Source: Antedon mediterranea (taxonomy: Eukaryota > Animalia > Echinodermata). Taken from it: 64,000 nucleotides of DNA. This document shows, one piece after another, positions 57,401-64,000 of the stretch. The stretch lies in NCBI RefSeq assembly GCF_964355755.1, contig NC_092680.1, positions 806,001 to 870,000 on the forward strand, read 5' to 3'. Within the stretch, counting starts at the first letter, position 1. Each line of letters opens with the position of its first letter. Below the pieces are notes generated by a model, which saw only the letters and a program-made list of their open reading frames with translations, did no database searches and was not told where the DNA came from. The translations under genes and the position numbers were made by a program.

Positions 57401-59942
57401 AAACAAATACAACTAAACATTAGAATTTACAATTTTATTTTTATAATATGCTGTTTGCTTTTGTTTGATCAGTGACACAGGTCAACTTACATAGTTTACA
57501 ATACAAGTAAATGGACATATAATTATACACATAAGCATTCATATTTCACAGAATATCTAAAACAAAAAAATTAAATTCAATATACTATATAATACAGCAA
57601 AAGTTGTAAGATTCAATGAACAAGAAAAATTCTCTGGTTAGGGACCCATAATGAAATGTCACAAAATAAATGCTAACGCAAACCCTTTTCCGTCAAGCCA
57701 TCTGTGTACTCGTATGGATTAGGCTATGTCGATGTATGGGGTTCGAATCCCATGAGCAGCTTCTTTTTGTACTGAACTTATGTACGAAAAAAAAAATTGG
57801 CAGCCAGGCATTTTCACCTAGTAGTTTATATGTTAACAACAGACAATTAATTTCAATTTCATCATTAGTACCACCCAAATTCTCCGGAAATACAGACAGC
57901 CTGGTTCTCATCACCAAAATGTACTTGTTTAATTGTATGTGGTTCTTTCAAATGAATACATTGGTAAATTAACATTGCTTTATTACATTAATAATATTTT
58001 TTCTTTGTTTCGGTTTTTCATGACTACAAAATGTTCAAATTCAAAGGTATACTGCCAAGATCCCTTAATAAATTCTTGTGTAAATATTTACTAAACAATT
58101 GACTACCCTTACAAACAAAACCAAAAACCATTTCTATTTCGAGGCAGAATGTCTTTAAACATTTAATATTCACAAATATACTTGGTTTTACATCAAAAAG
58201 CCACTATTTAGTTGTAGAAAAAAAACACGAGGATGCAACCATAGCACAGTGAAAACCTATTTGTAGAAAATGTTTAAGACCGTACACGCTTGAATAGGCG
58301 ACTGAGCCTGTAATATTGTGTAGGGCTCGATGGGCGATTATGGATCATAAGCATATACATTTGATAAATGGATATTATTTTTTTAATCCATTTTAAATTA
58401 TTATTTAAGTGTAGGAATGAACGGTCTAAGCATTCGCCAGAGACACACTTATTCAAGCGAGTACAGTAACAATAAAATGAACATTTCAGAAGGTGAGAGT
58501 GGCTATATAGAGGGCCACGACCGGCCCACCAGCCTCTTACACCACTCATTTAGAGTGGTGTACAGTGAGCTACTTATTCAAAAGAAATGGAATTTGACAA
58601 GTCATAATCTTATACACTGACAAATAAAATCTACTTGGAATGCATCATCCAAAATAAGAATTACTTTTGTACAAGAATTATTAATTATATTTACAAATAT
58701 TGTAATCACAGTTCATATTTCACATTTAGATAGGTAGAAGCCCTAAGACACCTTCAGGACCCAACAAATACTATATTGGCACTCAACAAGAAAGTATCCC
58801 CTAAATAGAGGTGTCCCAAAGAAGGCTTTTCTATTATCGTTCAACCTTTTAAAAAAATGCTTTTGTATTTTGATTAACTTTATTCAACACTATACCCCTT
58901 TCACATTGACTAGCAACATTCTTGAGTTTATACACACCATGATGCATGCCATAAAAACACAGGGTGCAGTGTGAAAGGGTGTTAATAAACACAAATCATT
59001 TAAACAGTGCTGTGTCCCTTTAACATGTATAAGTAATAACACCACCATTATTCACAGTTAAATGTCTGGCCCCAAAGCTGAATAACCAATGGTTAAATAT
59101 AGTGATCATTATCATTTAAGTCACCTTCTTATATACTATATTTGACAATTCTATTTAACTATAGTGAGCTGCTAAAACTCATAAGTACTATTAAAGTTAT
59201 AATTACAGGTTTTGGGAAACATTCAATTTTTCCCGAAAACCTGCAATTTCCAGCAAAAACACTGATAATTCAACACATAAAAAACCCAATAATTTGCGTG
59301 ACTGGACAGAACAACTTGTACTCAAAGTACGAATAAAATGGCAAACAAAACTAAAACTGCTAATTAAAATTATACTTTTGGTAATTAATACACATATATC
59401 TCTTATTATCAAGAACAATACAATTACATAATTTAAATTACTTTTTTACATAAATTATGTATTTCTTATGATTTCTCATTTCATAGTTTAATTAAATTAA
59501 ACTTGTATTATACCTATTCAAATTTTACCTAAATTTTGTAAGAAAAATTATATTCATAAAACTATCAATATTATATTTTTTAGCAAATTAAATGTTTTTT
59601 TTTGTTAACAAAATATATAATTTCAGGAATTTGTATTAAATATTTCGAGTTATTTGGGGCATCGAAGAAAAATAGAAACACAAGTGTACAAGTACAGTAT
59701 AAGAATACCCATCTAATACACAGTTATATATACAGTGACGGTTCATGCTAGAAAATCTATTTTAAATCTTAGAGTGGATATTTTTGGAAATGGTGTACAT
59801 AAAAACTCTACATATAGCAATATCAAGATGAGATTGTAGGCATAGCAAATAAAAATAGTATTAAAGACAACAGTAAGGTTACATGCATTAGGAAAGTGAC
59901 AGCCACCTTTGGAAAACCTGTCATTTATGTTGTACAGTATAA

Positions 59943-60057
59943 AGCTCTGTCTACACTGTCAAACTTTATGTGACAAATATCCATATATGAACATGATGAT
60001 GTCATATCACTACCCTATTTGGGAAAATCACACTAGTTTGATTGTCTAGACAGAGTT
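59943..60057. mobile_element. MITE family A (in the probable SMAP 3' UTR)
   Basis: TIRs with TAA flanks. Confidence 0.8.
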
Positions 60058-60304
60058 TAAGGTTAGTTGTAGTTGATAGACTTCCAAAATTTAACATACA
60101 TAAAGTGGTTAATATATTAATCTGTAAATTGTATAAACAATAGGTCATATTTTGTGACATCATCATATGTGCATGTGTGATAGGAATACACACAAGTAAT
60201 ATATTGTATAAATCTTTATCATCTGGTATAATTTAAATGTTTGATGTGGTGATCAAGCACTCTCGCATTTCACGCCAATGTGTATAGGCCAAATCTGTTT
60301 AATA

Positions 60305-63300
60305 TTATTTCCATAGATTTGTACTAAGTGTCTGGCCTTGTGTGTTCTGTGCCCACGTCTGACCCGAAGCAGCTGCAATGCCTGGCTGCTGTCCCCAACT
60401 GGCCTGTGCCTGGTTGTTTGTATTCAAACCCATATTCTGTATTTGTTGCTGTACCTGAAAAAAAACATGTTGACAATTTATAGTTAGATTGTACACTCTC
60501 TCATGACTGGTATATACACCAAGTAAAGTATACTGAATATAAATGTAACACACAGCATAAAATACACATAAAGTACTGTAATATATTTCATTTTAGCACA
60601 CATCAGCAAATGCGCAACATTTTTTGCAGTTTGTTATGAGGTTCTCTAATGGAACTCCAAAAATGCATTCACACTTAGGCTAAAGATAAATTTAACATTA
60701 ACAAATCTCCTAAACGTTTGCGAAACCATTTTTAGAACTCTCGATCTATTGGATCATCATCGATTCTCTTCTATAATATTAGGATCCAAATGAAATTATT
60801 TAAAGAAATAATTATTGAAATTGATTTAAGGGTTGCTACTGCAGAAAATGCCGGTATGTCGTTTGTCAGTCAGGAAACTGACATTCAAAAAATTAGAATA
60901 ATTGTAAAATTATTGCCAATTTTGAATAAAATAAGACAAACCTGTTGCAGCTGTTGAAGTTGCTGAGCCTGCCTCATTTGCTGTGCTTGATAATTCTATA
61001 AAAAAAATGAAAAATTATAAATTTTATATTTTTATATTATTTGATATTTCTATTTATTATTGTATAGCTGAAGATAAATACTTTTTTGTGGAAACAAATA
61101 TAATTAAATAATTGTGACAATTTTAACAAATTCATTTGAAAAGAAATAAATTATGTGAGCTGGCTGAATAATCCCATGAAAGTGTTTAAAATGATAATTT
61201 GTCATACTGCATAAAACAATATTATCTTGTTAGAATTTAACACAATACTATTATGAATGAAATATGACCTTGAGCAAAAATAATGAAAAAGTAAAAACAC
61301 ATTCATTACTAAATTCTACATCATGACATGCTTTGTGTTGCTTATTATGAGCATACCTATACACCATATACATGCATTATTATGAGCATACAACGTAACA
61401 ATTATGATTTCATAGTGGTTATCTCTATGGCGTAACTCTATTTTATACTGCAACCCTGTTTTATTGTGCAACTCTCCTTATGAGGCTCCTCCCCTTTAAT
61501 ACTATAATATATGCTGTTAATTCATGAAACTGAAAACTACATCATCAATTATTACAGGTTACTGTAGTTGTTTTTTTTTATGGTCATATTCAAATGCCTC
61601 TGTTGTATTTCTGCATTGATATGACATAGTGCCTGTATTTTTCTTACGCTGTCTCCCTGCCATGCCTATACCTATGGGCTGCAATTGCTGCCATATGACA
61701 TAGTGCCTGTATCTTTCTTACGCTGTCTCCCTGCCATGCCTATACCTATGGGCTGCAATTGCTGCCATATGACATAGTGCCTGTATCTTTCTTACGCTGT
61801 CTCCCTGCCATGCCTATACCTATGGGCTGCAATTGCTGCCATATGACATAGTGCCTGTATCTTTCTTACGCTGTCTCCCTGCCGGCGCCATGCCTATACC
61901 TATGGGTCGCAATTGCTGCCATATGTAAATAAGGTGAATGACATTCACCAATCAGACGTGTTTGTTGCTAGTATAAAAAAATTGTTTTACAAAAATATGA
62001 TTGTAAGAATAGAAACATGAATGGTTACAATGTCCATTAAAGAAAAAGAAAGTATTTGGAATAAAAACAAAATAAACCCAAAATAAAACACCCAAAATTG
62101 TTTTGCTGCCCAAGCCTGAGTGATTTTCTATAATCCTCTGTATTTAAAGTTTATTTTGGTCCAGTAGTAGTTTTTGCTTAATACGATTACATAAAATCAG
62201 AAACAAAAATATCTGATGTGATGAACCTATTTTTCATGTGATGATTGATGTGTTTGGGAAGCATACACATTGTTTAAGGCCTAAAGATTGTCCAAAACCA
62301 AACAAAAGTAAAGCTAATTACTTAGTACTACTGTACTGTAGTAACGAAGACAAAAAATGGTTGAAAGAAGATATGAAAAGGCAGATTGCCTGAAGAAAAA
62401 CACAAATTGCAAAAAAAACAAACATGCATTAGATAAGTACAGTAAGATTAATTTGAGATTTCATGTGGTGTTTTCATGTTCCAATAATGTGCTGATAACC
62501 CAGAATAAGATGGAGATGCATTGAATAATGATAATAGCTCCAAACTCAATTTCTACCTGAAGATATTCAAAGGACGATGGTACTATTGATGAAAATGGTA
62601 TGTTTTTCTTTATGATGACGAGAAAGAAAAATATTTAAAAAAATAAATAAAACAAAATATAAATCATGCAAAAATGGGTAAAATAAATTAAAAATAGCAG
62701 TTTCTAAAAACAAACAATTGTAATTGTGGCTATTAGAATATTATAAAACATAAAATTTACTTTAATATTTTTGATCAATGCAAATCTAAATGTACCAATA
62801 TAAGTATAATTTTCATAATTGCAAATGGAGGCTTAATTGGATTCTATGCGTATTGATTTTTAGATATTTATGAATTTAATAACGATAATGTATCATCCTA
62901 TTTATATATTCATTTCTTAAATGAATCCATTTTTAGGGTTAAAATAAAATTTTTAAAATATTTAAAAGAATTGTGTTAAAAGAAAGATACCATTGTGCCG
63001 GCAGAGGTCTGCTTCTGTTGTTGCTGACTCAAATCTAAAAACTGTTGATGGAAATGTTGTGACATTTGTTGTTTTGTCATTTGTTGTTGTGACATTTGTT
63101 GTTGTGACATTTGTTGTTTTGTCATTTGTTGTTGTGACATTTGTGGATGTGTCATTTGTGGTTGTGTCATTTGTTGTTGTGACATTTGTTGTTGTGTCAT
63201 TTGTGGATGTGTCATTTGTGGTTGTGTCATTTGTTGTTGTTGTGTGTTATGTGTTTGTTGTTGTTGTTGGAAATGCTGTAACTGCTGACTTGGTGTGTAC

Positions 63301-63434
63301 TGCATGTTGAACTGTTGACCTGTCTGCATGTTAAACTGCTGCCCTGCATTTGTAGGATGTTGATGTTGTTGTTGATGATATTGTTTGTTTTGTTGTTGCT
63401 GAAACTGCTGGTCTGTTGGTTGCACCTGGTATTG
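60305..63434 (-). CDS. SMAP1: Stromal membrane-associated protein (SMAP1/2-like ArfGAP), 3' part. Exons: 63434-62991 (Q-rich, probable), 60995-60942, 60454-60305
   Basis: C-terminus GQTLSTNLWK* matches the SMAP family terminus as recalled (TLSTQLWK). Exons are phase 0 with GT-AG ends. The ArfGAP domain is presumably beyond the window end. Confidence 0.75.
61619..61925. repeat. 74-bp tandem, 4 copies (SMAP intron)
   Basis: ATGACATAGTGCCTGTATCTTTCTTACGCTGTCTCCCTGCC... Confidence 0.92.
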
Positions 63435-63587
63435 CTGCAGTTGATAATAAAAGCAACATTTTGTACTTAGTAATTACTTTACATTAAAACAAGTAATACA
63501 ATTACACAGTTAAAACAAATCAACACAGCAATGTCTATAAATATAGACACATGTAAAGTAAATCTGTAGATCAACTCCTTTCTCTAA

Positions 63588-63724
63588 AGCTCTGTCCACA
63601 CTATCAAACTAGTGTGATGTGGCCAAATATGGTAGAGATATGGTAGTGATATGACATCATCATGTCCATATACTGTATGGGAACATTTGTGTGTCACATA
63701 ACGTTTGATGGTGTAGACAGAGCT
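63588..63724. mobile_element. MITE family A
   Basis: TIRs and core. Confidence 0.8.
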
Positions 63725-64000
63725 TTGTATAAGGATTACATTTTTAGTGCGATATATACAAAATATATGTGTAGTATGTTCTATCAATGCTTATGGCTTG
63801 GTTCTCCTTTATAGCACATATAATAACATCTAAAATCATTGTTAATGTACTTATAGATATTAATAGAAAAGTGCATAATATTAACAAGCAATAGATACAA
63901 AGGGATTATTACTCAGGTTATATTAGGTGACTATATGAATATTTCAGACACAATACATTACATTAACAGTATAAAAAAAAGAAAGATTTGACACAAAATT

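Noticed and set aside
57690-57770. tRNA-like T arm GGGGTTCGAATCCC
   Set aside because: No complete cloverleaf; at most a SINE or tRNA relic.
61619-61925. Duplicated cassette exons in the SMAP intron (AG...GTAAGA)
   Set aside because: Candidate exons of 40 or 46 nt are out of frame between phase-0 neighbours and have weak acceptors.
62980-62990. Possible U12-type donor GTATCTTT
   Set aside because: It deviates from GTATCCTT, and there is no TTCCTTAAC-like branch site before the acceptor at 60995.
62993-63310. Val-rich plus-strand ORF
   Set aside because: Antisense shadow of the Gln-rich SMAP exon.

Overview
AT-rich, intron-rich eukaryotic DNA from an animal. Gene content and repeat style suggest a marine invertebrate deuterostome such as an echinoderm, but that is inference only. 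Five spliced genes were reconstructed by hand from GT-AG boundaries and reading-frame continuity: a divergent TRPC-family channel (+, 5' end outside the window), LMBRD1 (-, 16 coding exons), IFT52 (-, 12 coding exons), LTV1 (+, 10 coding exons, head-to-head with IFT52), and the 3' part of an SMAP1/2-like ArfGAP (-). The most striking structure is a pair of tandem tRNA-Ser arrays at 20.5-23.1 kb and 39.9-44.0 kb that bracket LMBRD1. They hold 15 and 25 copies on a 168-bp unit, all on the minus strand, mix TGA and CGA anticodons in one tRNA body, and show higher-order repeat structure. The long Cys/Phe-rich ORFs in the ORF track are by-products of these arrays. The rest is about 16 copies of a Harbinger-type MITE, other MITEs, LINE/SINE relics and many minisatellites, several of which carry splice-signal or poly(A)-signal motifs.
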